Positions 36,411 to 49,309 of a stretch of DNA of 64,000 nucleotides are shown here, in pieces. The notes beneath the pieces are model-generated. The model was not told where the DNA came from. It saw only the letters and a program-made list of their open reading frames with translations, and searched no databases. Both the position numbers and the translations under genes were made by a program. The stretch comes from Takakia lepidozioides. Its lineage: Eukaryota > Plantae > Bryophyta. The stretch covers positions 35,526,001 through 35,590,000 of the forward strand of contig CM060731.1 of the NCBI GenBank assembly GCA_030704615.1. The letters are read 5' to 3'. Position 1 is the first letter of the stretch. Every line of letters starts with the position of its first letter.

Positions 36411-37298
36411 TCAAAGGCTGTATACTAACTCATCATGTTCATGACGTAAGATCAAGCTCAAGCTTCGTGACAAGAAGTTGAACTCCATGTGCAGGAAATG
36501 ACTCTGCAGCAGAAGGCAGAGAAGAGCCTTGGCCTCCATCATTGCAAAGTTCCTTCCCAAGCAGATGCGGCTACCGCCACCAAATGGTAGGAAGGCGTCT
36601 GTGTGCCCAATGGACTCCCAACGATCCGGTCTGAAACTGGTGGCGTCTTTTCCCCAAAACTCCTGGCTCTGGTGAATGAGAACTATAGGAATCACTATGG
36701 TGGTACCGGGAATGATAGACATATCTCCCAGCTTGTGCGCTTTAATGGAGTCTCTTTCAATATCAGGGATCGAGGGGTAAAGCAGCAGTGTCTCGTTCAG
36801 TATCATGGTCACCTGGACGCCATCACAGCAGTTATCATAATTAGAAATGCACAATTGGTCAGAATCCTCAAGATCTCTTAGAGTTGTGAGTAAGTTTGAA
36901 ATATATGTGATTTGAACATTCAGCGAGAAGCTTTGAATAAGTTGGAAAGACACTCTGTTCACACCACTTCTGAACGCGCCCGATGCTGCCACTCAGGATG
37001 CACCGACAGCATCGTTAGTGTCCAAGTCATGAGGATTGATGTGGTTAAGTTTCCCGCAACAAAAATGGTTTTGCATTCATGCAGGAGCTGGGTTTTGGTC
37101 ATCGTGGCACTGCCTGCCTGCATCGCCTCCAGCATTATCCCCAACAAGTCGTCACCGTATATACTTGAGTCGTGTGGCGACTTCTGTTGATTAGGTACTT
37201 TGATCGCCGCCAGACGTGCATCCACAATCTCTTCAAGTTTAGAGTCTATAACTTTTTGGTCTCTCCACACTTTCCGATTGCTGGCGATTGGAAGGAAC
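36411..37298 (-). pseudogene. Cytochrome P450 (CYP72 clan-like) 3' exons, disrupted
   Basis: FLPIASNRKVW..DDLLGIML..ECKTIFVAGNLTT..HPEWQHRARSEV; FRPDRW; heme motif FGGGSRICLG. ExxR is changed to ETLL, there is a stop after SEVV, the upstream intron carries an LTR element, and 5' exons were not found. Confidence 0.85.
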
Positions 37299-37357
37299 CT
37301 GTACTCAAATGCAGATACTTTTCAGCGTGTTATTGAATTAACTGTGGCATTTACTAG

Positions 37358-40300
37358 TATAACGTCCTTGTGAGATTGAACCTGCGACAGGCTTGGCATG
37401 ATGTTGAACGGTTCAGCAATCCTCCAACAATCGTCGACGGCTGTCTGGGAGAGGTGATGGGGATGTCATGTGGAACAGTAGGTGTTGGCAAGCTCCCGTT
37501 GATCAAGACCAAGAGCTACATATGAAGATGATAGAGAAGTGTACAGGGAGGAGACTAGGAATTCTCTTCTTATGGTCTTTTCCCTAGATAAGAGAACTCA
37601 TAGACGTTGGCTGTACAAAGTGTGGCACACATGATGGCCATGGTGAACAGTGTCTACGAGTAGGGAAGAGAGATGATACAGAAGCTGATGCATGGTGTGG
37701 CGGTTGGGAGGACTGGGTGTATCCCAGTACCATGTGCAATTCTAGGATTGGGTGATAGTTCCAGTTGAGTCAGGAATCATTGGGACTTGAAGGATCTGTA
37801 CATAAAGTAATTGTTGGTATTTGGCCATGTTGGAATAAGAGCCAGTGGCACAAAGTGATGACTGTAGTGGCCTGTGATGTGTGATCTCGCCTAATTGCCA
37901 AGGACTTGTCTGGTCTTGATGGAACCATTGGTAGGGGAGTGAGATCTGAATTTTCAGTCGACGAAAAGGCAGGGCAGAAAGACAGGGAGGAGAATTAGAC
38001 AAGAGGAACGTAAGATCTTGGTATCAGAGCAGATTTCGACCTTTTGGGATTTGTGGTTTATGAGCCAATTGACATTCGGCTCTGGAAGCTCGTTGCTTCA
38101 GTGGAATACAATCTCTAAAGGTAGGTGTAGCACATCTGGAGCCAGAGTCGATGGAAGGAGAGACAAGCCATACACAAGCTGCAGTTGAGAAAACACAAGA
38201 AATTGCTGTGCCAGAAGAACTTATCACCATGAAGGCGGGAGATCTAGCTCAGGTCATTCGCGAGGCGGTAGCTAGTGGAATGAAGGAGGGCATAGCCGCT
38301 ATTGGCAAGAGACCTACAGCAAATCCAACTCCACCGGCGGTGCCACCCGACCAGCAAGCGGTAGACCAACCAGTAAGTGCTCCCCATAATGATCTGCATG
38401 CAAGAACTAGGACAAAAAAAAAAGGCTAGAGGTGGTTCTACCTCTGGTGCATCCTCACAGGATAGCCGCTCCATGATGGCAATGGATTCTAAGAGAAGAA
38501 CGATTGACAAGGAAATTAGGACGATGACGCATCTTCCTGAATTCCATGGTCGCCCAAATATGCCTTGCACTGAGGTGCTGTCTTTTCTGGAGACTCTGGA
38601 AGAGTTCTTCAGTGAAATGCAGATAAGATCCGCACAACCTCATTACAAATGAGAGACAAATATAAAGAATGGTGGATTAGAAAGAAAGAGAAGCTCCGGG
38701 TCTGGAAGGGAGAGTGGATCCAATTACCACATGAGCTAAGTTCAAGCGGGTCTTCAAAGAACAGTTTCTGCCAGAGGATTATGCGCACAAAATGAAGATG
38801 GGCTTGATGGAACTTAGTCAAGGAAGAATGAGTGTGGCAGACTACAAGGTGAAGTTTGACGAACACGCTTCATACTTTTATTCCTTGAAGGAGTCTGACA
38901 GTGTGGATTTCTTCTTGACTGGGCTAGACAAAGCAATCAGATTTTTGGTTCAGACATATGAGCCGAAGATAGAGGCTGATGCATATAGACTATTCAAGCC
39001 GAAGTCATTCCCTTTTGGTGGAGGTCAGAAAAGAAAGAACTGGAAAAGGTTCAATAAGAAGACAACAAGGACTGAGCCTCGGGGTAATCAGAAATTTGGA
39101 GCTCCAGCAACCAAACGTCTATCAGAGAAGGAACAAGAAGAACACCGACCGTTGGGTCAGTGTTTCATCTGTCATGAAAAATGCCATCGGCGTTTGAATG
39201 TTCCAAACGCATACAACGTGCAGCTGCAGCTTTGATTGTGCAAGAGGTTGAGGATAAGATGGATGTGGATACACCTGGGACGAACAAAGATAAACAACTG
39301 AGGATCTCAGCGGCTGTGATGGGTGAGGAGATAGACTATAATTCCACAGTCATACGATTGAATGGTCAGGTGGGAAGAGAGACCACGACTGTTTTGATTG
39401 ACCTAGGAAGTAGCCATAACTTATTCTCTCAAAATTTTGCAAACAGTGGCAAGCTGCAGTTAATAGAGGTTGGCGCCAACACCATTCTGTTGCCTAATGG
39501 AAATACATGATCTAGCAACAGTAGGAGCTTGGATGTCCTTGTCACAATGCAGGGGTTCGCCACTTTGGCGGATTTTGGGGTCTGGGATGGTGTGAGGTAC
39601 GACATCATCTTGGGGATGCAGTGCCCGACTCATGCGTGCGGCTGCATTGCTGAAGGCGAAGATAATGTTACTACATAGACTCTGTATGCCCAGAGCTAGC
39701 CCCCTTGCAAGCTCCCTTGGACTCTGAACACCGCAACCCATATCAAAGACTTAGCTGAATGAAAGCAACTTGGTTATGGACAATTAAAGTCAAATTGGCT
39801 CATGTTATATCCTGTTCCAGTGTGTTTCTCCAGTTCTGGAAGTTCTGCTTATAGACTATTCTGCCTTGGTTTCGCAAATTTCAGCATTCAGAACTAAATC
39901 ACTTTCTTTGTTCTCACAACACTCCGTGGACTCATACAAGCCCTTGGATGAGCTACATTGATAAGGTCAATCTGAGTTTACCTAGACAAAGCTTCTGAGG
40001 ACACTCAAGTGACATGCTGAGATTGCTCAGTGGAGGGGGTGTTGCCTGGTGGTAAGCGAGTCAAGCTTACAGGTACAAGAGCCTTACCCAATGTTCCCTT
40101 GTTGTCAGCCCTTCAAATGAAGAGATGCATACTGAAGACAGCCGATCAGCTGTACTTCGTAAGCATTCATGAGAATGATGACGAAGGCATTGAAGTGGAG
40201 TTGAACAACCTCAACAGAGCAGATGAGGTCCTATCTGAATTTTCAGATATGTTTCCCAATGATCTGCCTGGACTACCTCCTGAAAGGGATGTAGATCATG

Positions 40301-43300
40301 CCATTGAGTTGGTTCCTGAAGCAGTTCCTGTCTCTAGGATTCCTTATAGGCATTCTTTGTGGAGAATGAAGAATTGGAGAGACAGCTGGCTGATTTGCTA
40401 GAGAAAGGTTATATTAAGCCTAGCAAGTCTCCTTGGGGAGCACCAATGTTGTTCAAAAAGAAGAAAGATGGAACTTTAAGGCCGTGTGCGGACTACATAT
40501 GGCTGAATAAGCAGCTAACTGTATAGAATAAGTTTCCACTCCCTAGGATAGATAACTTATTTGATTACTTGCATGGTGCGCAAGTATTTTCAAAGATAGA
40601 CCTACGAAGTGGATACCATCAGATCTGTGTCAAAGACTCGGACACGTTTAAGACAGCCTTCAAAACCAGATTTGGCCATTATGAATATACAGTGATGTCT
40701 TTTGGGCTCACAAATGCACCAGCCACTTTCATGTGCTTGATGAATACTTTGTTTAGGAAATATCTGGGAAGATACGTGTTAGTCTTCATGGATGACATCT
40801 TGATTTATTCAAGATCTAAGGAAGAACACGTGGAACACTTGAAAAGTGTTCTAGAGATCTTAAGAGAAAATAAACTCTATGCTAAGAAGAGCAAATATGA
40901 GTTTTTTGTTTCCCAAATAGAATACTTGGGTCACATAGTGTCAAAGAATGGCATCTTAGTTGATCCCAAGAAGGTAAAGACAGTGGCAGAATGGTCAATC
41001 CCGAAAGATAGAACTGATGTGAGAGCGTTCTTGGGACTTGCAAGCTTTTATAGAAGATTTATAAAGGCATTTTCCAAGATAGCAGCCCCTCTCACTGGCC
41101 TACTGAAAGGCTTATGAGCGATTACCTGGACCGAGGATTGTAATGAAAGCTTTGAAAAGCTTAAAGTTATGTTGACACATGCTCCTGTCTTGACGTTGAT
41201 GGATTATAAGACAGGTGGTCTAGTACTTTGCATAGATGCAAGTGACCTGGCCATATGAGTTGTGTTAATGCAACACAAACAGGTAATAGCTTATGAGTCT
41301 AGAAAACTGAGCCCAGCAGAGCTGAACTACCCAGTGCATGAAAAAGAATTATTAGCCATCGTACATGCCTTGAAGGTTTGGCGGCATTATCTACTGGGAA
41401 GGGAGTTTAAGATTGAGACAGATCATGAAAGCTTGAAGTATCTGGCCACGCAACCCAACCTCAGTCGCAGCTAGTGTCGTTGGGTGGAGTTCCTTCAACA
41501 GATCTTCTTTGAATTGCGTTATGTGAAGGGTATGAAATGCGTCTGCTTTGACAAGCGATCAACCACCACAAAGATGGCATCATGTCCATTTCTTGTCTTA
41601 GGCAATGAGACAATGAAATCCATACTTATAGATTCCCACTTTGCCCTAGGCATATTTAGAGGTTGCAAAAGTCCAGGAGTCTTGATCTACTCTGTCTTGG
41701 TTACTTGACAAGGGTAACACCTTTCAACATAATCTCGTATGTTTTTCTTCATACCAGGCCAGAAAAATTGTTTCCTGACTGCGAGATATGTTTTATGAAA
41801 GCCAGGATGGCCTGCAATGGGTATGTTATGACAGTCATACATAATCTTTAGTCTAAAGTCTGCAGCCTGAGGGATGCATAGACGCCCATTGTAGTACATC
41901 AACCCATCCTTCAACAAATAAGCAAGGTACTTGCCAATTTCCTCAGGAGTCTTAACCCCACGAGATAGGCTTTCAAAAGGGCCAGCAAAATATGCATCTT
42001 TGGCATATTGACCTCTTATCTCTTCTATCACAGTGCTTCTTATAACTGAGATGGCATTTGCCCATTTCTTTCTGGACAATGCATATGCCAAGTCAACATA
42101 ACAAATACACTTCTGGTTGTGTTGAGTTAGGATAATCAACCCATTCTATTCATATACGTAAGATGAATGAAATGCAGTACGTATTGAAGTCATTAACAAA
42201 GATAAATTTGACCAAAACCTTAAGAATCTCTTCTGGTTCTGCCACAACTTCTCCTTCAGTTGTGACCTTTGGCAATTCTGGGAGAACATGGCTGGAATCT
42301 GAAACATATTTCCTAAAGAGGCTCACGTGAAATACGTCATGTATCTTCCACCTAACAGGCAGTTCCAGCTGGTAGACTACTTTGCCAATCTTCTTGATAA
42401 TCTTGAAAGGTCCATAGTACCTTGGGGAAAGCTTATAGCATTTTCCCACGCTCAACTAGCTCTTCTTAGGGATCACTTTCAAAAATACTTGATCTCCAAT
42501 CTCAAATTCCCTAAAAGACCTTTTCTGATCAGTATAGGCCTTTGCTCTTTCCTGAGCTCTCCTCATGCTATCCTTCATCAAGTCCATCTCTTGCTGCATC
42601 GTTGCTATCATCTGATTAACACTTTCAACCTTAGTATTTGAAACATGCCAAGATGCTGGTGTCAAGCAATCTTGCCCATAGACAGCTTTGAATGGGCTTA
42701 CCCCAATAGCTGTATGCATGTTCTTATTATAGGCAAACTCACAAAAATACAAATATTGCTCCCAAGAGCTTTGCCTTTGCCCCACAACATTCGGAGTATG
42801 TCTTCTAAGGTTATATTTGTCCTCTCTGTCTGAGCATCAGATTCTGGATGGTAAGCACTGCTAAAACACAATCTGGTATCCAAAGCTTTGAACAAAGCAG
42901 TCCAAAATCCACTTGTAAACTTCGAATCCCTATCAACACAATTTCTCTTGGCAATCCATGCAGTCTATATATCTCTTTTATAAAGAGATTAGTTGTGTCT
43001 ATAACGGTAGCACTCATCTTTGGTGAAAACCTTGAGATCTCGTTCTTGGAACGAATTCTTGATCAAGTGGAAGAATTACCCTGTAGAAGAATCTACATAG
43101 GAGAAAGAAGATGATCTTCGTAAGAACTTTCCCCAGTTCAGTATTGAGGACAATACTCCCTTATAGGAGGGGAGATGATATAACGTCCTTGTGAGATTGA
43201 ACCTACGACAGGCTTGGCAGGATGTTGAACGGTTTAGCAATCGTTGACGGCTGTCTGGGGTAAGTGATGGGGATGTCACGTGGAACAGCAGGTGGTGGCA

Positions 43301-43836
43301 AGCTCCCGTTGATCAAGACCAAGAGCTATATATGAAGATGATAGAGAAGTGTACAGGGAGGAGACTAGGAATTCTCTTCTTATGGTCTTTTCCCTAGATA
43401 AGAGAACTCGTAGATGTTGGCTATACAGAGTGTGGCAGACAGGACGGCCATGGTGAACAGTGTCTACGAGTAGGGAAGAGAGATGATACAGAAGCTGATG
43501 CATGGTGTGGCAGTTGGGAGGTGGGTGTATCCCAGTACCATGTGCAATTCTAGGATTGGGTGATAGTTCCAGTTGAGCCAGGAATCATTGGGACTTGAAG
43601 GATCTCTACATAAAGTAATTGTTGGTATTTGGCCATGTTGGAATAAGAGCCAGTGGCACAAAGTGATGACTGCAGTGGCCTGTGATGTGTGATCTCGCCT
43701 AATTGCCAAGGACTTAGTTTAGATTCAAGTCTGGTCATGATGGAACCATTGGCAGGGGAGTGAGATCTGAATTTTCAGTCGACGAATAGACAGGGCAGAA
43801 AGATAGGGAGGAGAATTAGACAAGAGGAACGTAAGA
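37358..43836 (+). mobile_element. Full-length Ty3/gypsy chromovirus, defective and internally rearranged
   Basis: Two 658-bp LTRs (37358-38015, 43179-43836) and a 5-bp TSD ACTAG (37353-37357, 43837-43841). PBS TGGTATCAGAGC 38019-38030, PPT about 43165-43178. Coding parts: gag, protease (LIDLGSSH), RT ([20 protein letters not shown]), RNase H (YPVHEKELLA), integrase, chromodomain (FLIKWKNYPVEESTxE). Confidence 0.96.
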
Positions 43837-44089
43837 ACTAGTCAGGCTAAGCATACCAGATCCACTGATTATTCTGACTCCCTATTCAAATTGTCCACAG
43901 CCCCGAGCTCCTTAAAATCTGATCAGCTGTCCTTGAAATAAACTTAGAGCAGAGATTGCTAACATTTATCTCTAATCTAATCTAAGATATCTCCAATCTC
44001 TCACCAGTTTACAAGTACATGGGACCTAATGAGGAATTAACGGTATTATGTATAGTGCACCAAAAATTGGTCTAAGTAGCTCCAACGAG

Positions 44090-47000
44090 CTCTCAAACTC
44101 TTCATGTTGCTGCATTTCGCAGAGCTTCCATCAACACTTATGCTCAGGCATGCGTCTTTTAAGTCTTTTTGCTTTGAAGAAAATTGTACTGTCCATTGTG
44201 TCATATCATTAGTTCATTTGTGCACCACGAAATTGAATAACTTGTTATACATAGTCCACTGAAAGGTAGAGGGTGCAAGTGTTTTGGCATGTTCCCAACC
44301 CAATTTGTTAGTTGCAGGCTCAGCCCTTGTTTCTAGGGTTGAGGCTGCTCATTGTAGAGTCCATAAGATAAGTAGTCATGCACTCGCATTCATTTTCCAT
44401 AACAAGGTGCCTCTGGGATAGAACCCCCCCAGACCCAATCGTTATGTGACTTTCATACAATAAACTAAGCGTAGATATCCATAGCACTCCCTGACAGATG
44501 AAGACAATCGAGCTACTGAACCTTAAGTCTTGATAGAGGCATACCAGGTGCAGCAGGAATGGACGATATACTCGTCGAACCCACAAGGGTTTGAGGGTGG
44601 TTTATCACAATGCAATTGTGGTCTAGCATAGCCTGAGTAGGTAGGACGTAAGCTCTCGGTCTAATGGCTGCTTGGGGGTGTAGAATTGGTCATGACATTG
44701 CAAACACACTTTCCATTTTGCCGTAGTAGTATGATCTCAGTTAACCTAGCACAAAAACAAATAATCTACATAACTGTCCATTTCCCATGAATCTCAGCCT
44801 TATAGAAACTTCCACTACAGCTCACAAGATTTTTCAACATCATAGCTGTCATGTTTATGCAGATTTGGTTGATACAGACTTGGTGGTTATCCAGTAGTGG
44901 TCCATTACAGCCCCATCCAACTGTGTCTGTGTTGTGTTACTGCCTTACTGTCCAGACAAAGTTGTTTGATCACATCCACACTGCTTAATATGTAATGGTT
45001 TGTGTATCACAGTCTTGCTTAGGAACCTTTTAGGGCCATTTCAAGTGTTTGGGTGGTTCTTGATGATGCATTGGGTGGCCGGCTTGAAGTGTACAAATCA
45101 GTAGAAACTCATCTATGATTGATAAATCAAGACGTTGCAAACAATGTGGTTATCCCAAATTATGCCCTACCGGTGATCTTTGATTTTAGCCTTGTATTTC
45201 GTGACTTCATACCTGTGACATCACTTATTCCACTGGACATAATTGTCAGGACACTGAGAAGCCCTCACAGTTGAGGTTATTAGGTGTTCAAAAGCAAGCC
45301 TGAAAATGAAGTGATTAGTTGGTCTCTTCATGGCCATGAGAATAAATTTCCATATGGTCCTTGAGAGTGGTCTGCTCCTGTGTACTTGTCACTTTCGTAT
45401 TGACAATCTTTGGCCACAGATGATTTGTACCCTTCTGGACACTGAACTGTTTTGTGATCTCCAGGAGCCCTTTGGAGGTCTGGGGGTCAGAGCTGTATAT
45501 GGCCACACACACGGGGGGATTTGCGCACTCAGTCTGGACTGGGGCCAGAATACTTTGTAATTGCTGTGGTGGGAAGCCCACTCTTCTATCGCAGCTTGTT
45601 GAGAGAGCATGCGGTTATGATGCGTGCATTTGCGGATGCGATGGCAGTGAGGGAAGGTGAAATGGGTGACAAATTGAGTTGCCCCTTGTGTTTGTGGTTG
45701 GCCATGGCAACTCTCCAGCAATTAGGCTGTTGCTTTGCAGGTAATTGGGGAGGGAGATAGAAAGAGGAATAATGTGCACTAGAATATTGTCTTATCCTTA
45801 TCTGGTCACTGGCGAGCGTGAAGTTTTGTGTGGCTATTAGAAACACCACGGTCCAGAAGTGCCACACTCCCTGCATAACACTTCAGAGGTTTGCTTAAAG
45901 ACTGCCATGTTCCTTCTCCCGGCTATTTGCTCAACTGAAGTCTGACAGAAGTAAGCTTTACCTTGACTGCAGGCAATGGCACAACATGTGGGGCTGGCAA
46001 ATTGGACAGTGCCTTGATATGTGGGCCTTGACTGGCCTCCTCTGGATGTCGGATATATTATTGCTGTTGTTTATGCCTGCTTTCGAGATGAGCAATCATT
46101 TCCCACCTGTGCTTACCAGGGCTATGAGCCTGGAACGCCCAGTTATTGCCCCCCACCGAAGTGCCTTTCGGCAGGCATGTGAGTTTTTCTCTGCCACTTT
46201 TGTTATGTGTTGTACAACTACTGTGGGAGCTATGAAGCTGGTGGGGAGTGGTGACAGCTTGTCAATGTTGCACAAGATGAAGCTGAATCAGATGGTCCGA
46301 CTTCATGATTGACAGCACAAATCATCAAAGCTGGGCTGGCACCAGATATCATTGGAGACTGCCCTTGCTGCCAGTATGCCAACTGTGGGAGCATGAAAGG
46401 ATGCACAAGGAGTGTTGTCTCAACGAAATGTGGTCTCATGGAATGTGATGATCGGAGGATATACTCAGAATCACTGTGGTTCAGAGGCTTTCAAGATCTA
46501 TGAGCAAAGGTACAAGAAGGGGTGATACCCGATAAGGTTGCAATCTCAATGCATGTGCCAACCTTGAAGCCCTGGAAAAGGGTAAAGAGGTCCATTCTAA
46601 CATCATCAAAGCTAGAATTGCTCCAGATATGTCCATCGTTTGCAGGAATGCACAAAATATAAAAGACCTTGCAGCTGGAAAGCACGTGCATGCCTACATT
46701 ATCTGAAATGGATTCAAGCCAAATGTCTGTCTACAGAACACCCTCGTCAACGTGTATGCCAATTGTGGGAGTGTGGTGGATGCACACGAAGTGTTTGAAA
46801 AAATGTGTGAACGAGATATAGTTACCTGGAGTATGACAATGGTAGGATATGCCAGACATGAGTGTGGTAAAGAAGAATTTGAGATCTATAAGCATAAGTG
46901 AAATGTGATTCCTTTCAACGTGATGATTGCAGAATATGCCGAACAGGGGTTTGGTAGGGATGCTTACCAAATCTCTGACAAACGCAATGGGAAGGGGTGT

Positions 47001-47651
47001 TGCCCAACAGGGTCGCATTTGTTTGTGTTCGGGATGTGTATGATGGCCTAAGAGTGGTGGAAAAGAGCAAAGAAGTCCATGCTGACATTATCAAAGCTGG
47101 AAGATATCATTCTGGATACTGCCCTTGTTGACATGTATGCCAAATGTGTAGAGAATACTCACGGGAAGCTTTCCATATGTGTATGGAAAAATGCAAGAGG
47201 AAGGAGTGGTGTCTGACAGGTCACTTTCATTGTGTTCTCAATGCCAATCGAACCAAGTGCTTCCGTGTGGGGGCCACACTTGGTGCCTGCAGAATTCATG
47301 GTAATGTGGTGCTAGCACAACGTGAAGCTGGTTGGTGGGAGGAAAAAGCAATTGTGAGAAAAATGATGGAGGAGAGAGGTGTCAGAAAAGAGCCAGGGCG
47401 CAGCTGCATCGAGGTCTACAACCAGGTGCATACATTGTAGAAGACAAAGTGCATATGCAAATTCAGGGGACCCATGCAGAGTCGACAATACTAAGGGAAC
47501 AAGAACAAATCCCCATCTTGGAAGTGATCCACGCGATTGAAATCGGCAAAACAACTCTTCTCCCACCAATCTTTGATATAAACTTGGTGGCAATGTGGCA
47601 GTCACACATGCTCTTGGTGATGTGGATAGGTGTGCAAGGAAGTGCGCTGAT
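44090..47651 (+). repeat. Local segmental duplication, copy 1
   Basis: Colinear blocks shared with 56474-58901, e.g. atttcgcagagct..caacacttatgctcaggcatgcg, gaagtgattagttggtctcttcatgg and the PPR region. Confidence 0.9.
46230..47480 (+). pseudogene. PLS-E class PPR pseudogene, copy 1
   Basis: LVNVYANCGSVVDAHEVF, ALVDMYAKC, LGACRIHGNV, VRKMMEERGVRKEPGRSCIEV, with many frameshifts and stops. Confidence 0.85.
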
Positions 47652-48443
47652 GAGCCCAAAAGCAATGGCCAAAAAATTGTTTTTTCCCTCTGTTGCAGAC
47701 CCAAGGGCGTGGACCTGGCCATGGTGCGGGCGACCCTCTCCTTCTTGCGGGCCCCACCTTTTTGCTGGCACGTGATACTTACCGACCAATGATTATAGGG
47801 TTCTATCCAGAGAGGAAACATGTGAAGTGGAGTTCATAAGGCTAGAGATTCGATAAAAAAAATAGGCCTCTAAAAGATTTTCTAACTAGGTACTTATCCA
47901 CTTCACCACCTACCACATTCTGGTCGGTAACTCCCATCTCCTGAATATACTTGCATGGCTAAAAATTTGTTTGCATGTAGAAAACTGCAAACTACACTCA
48001 TCATATGGTTGGATTATGCCTAGGAGGATTGAGATTTTCATCGAAAAATCCCAAACTAGGAACAACAAAATAGAGATGTTTTGGACAAAAATGAACTTAG
48101 ATATTCAGGAGTTACACATCACTGCAAATCATGATAAAACTGTAGATAGGACTATATGAAGATCATACATTAGTTTGCAGCCAATCTCTGCAAATTTGAC
48201 ATACCAGTACAGTATGTAATATCCGTGTCCTCTGATAGATCAGCCTAACACAAACTATACTAATTATATTGGTATCATCGTCCTAAGGTGACCATGTAAA
48301 GGCAGAAAGGAAAGCTAACTTGATTTATTCATTGAGCAAGTAGCCCCCTCAACCATGAACACGCACAAATTATAGAATATAAGAAAGCAGGTTTGAGTCC
48401 CTCTGGCACAGAAGGTTGCCATAAACTGTATACAAGGATGGTG

Positions 48444-48963
48444 CTAATTCAAATAAATGGTGATCAACACACCCCCTTCTGTTGTATATAAGGTTCCATA
48501 CTTAGCCATGTAGATATCAACGCCAGATTTGTCTGCATTGTCGTAGCCTACAATGCTTCGATCGGAATCCACATCGACATGGTTATGTGTCCCAGCACCT
48601 TCCACCCAGATCTCGATATGAACACTACTTACTAGATCGTCATACTGGTCACCCTCTGCATGCACAGTAGGCAACACAATGTTAAGGTTTGCATTCAAAT
48701 TGACCACAGGGAACAGCACGGCCATTCACATCGTTGGCAATAATTAGAAGCAACATCTGAGAAACAAACTTACGAGAAGTTCCAGCAGCGATGACGCGAT
48801 TGACGAAGCCTGATGTGCCACAGCAATTGTAGGAGGTAGTCGCTGTGATTGCTCGTGAGCTCCCATTGCTCACGTACGTGTTGTAAGTTGCTGTGGCTCC
48901 AGAAGTATAAGCCACAACCATGACAAGGAGGAGCAGGCCTTTGGCCTGAGTTAACATGAACAT
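48444..48963 (-). CDS. Small secreted protein of unknown family (about 133 aa). Exons 48963-48774 and 48655-48444
   Basis: Signal peptide MFMLTQAKGLLLLVMVVAYTSGA, GTAAG donor at 48773, TGCAG acceptor at 48656, phase-1 join keeps the frame, TATA box upstream. Confidence 0.75.
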
Positions 48964-49097
48964 GTTCGCAGTCGTATTCAATCAGTGTTGGCTATAGGCT
49001 ACAACAATGGATCACCTTCAAGGGAAATCGGTTGGTACCACTGTAGACTCGAGAGCTGAGATGATGTTACTGAAGAGACTGGCCGCCGCATGGCCAC

Positions 49098-49104
49098 ATT
49101 TATA
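49098..49104 (-). promoter_or_regulatory. TATA box (TATAAAT) of the secreted protein gene
   Basis: ctataaat on the minus strand about 135 bp upstream of the ATG. Confidence 0.55.
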
Positions 49105-49309
49105 GTCTTATTAAGGTCCCCCCAAAGTCCGTGGTCCACAATACTTATCTACCTAGTCAAACCGACACCTGAAATCTACAACACGTATGTCAACACTTGA
49201 AATCTTGACAGAGTGTAGTTGAAAAGTGTGAAACCCTTCAAATCAACACGTGTAAGACTTCAAAAGTGTCGAGACTTCAGACACACTGTCATCTAGCTGC
49301 ATTATTTCC

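Noticed and set aside
48983-48991. CAGTGTTGG as left hAT TIR pairing with 49882-49898, which would make the orphan gene promoter TE-borne
   Set aside because: Only 9 bp match and the flanks (tattcaat vs gtcgagtc) do not form a TSD.
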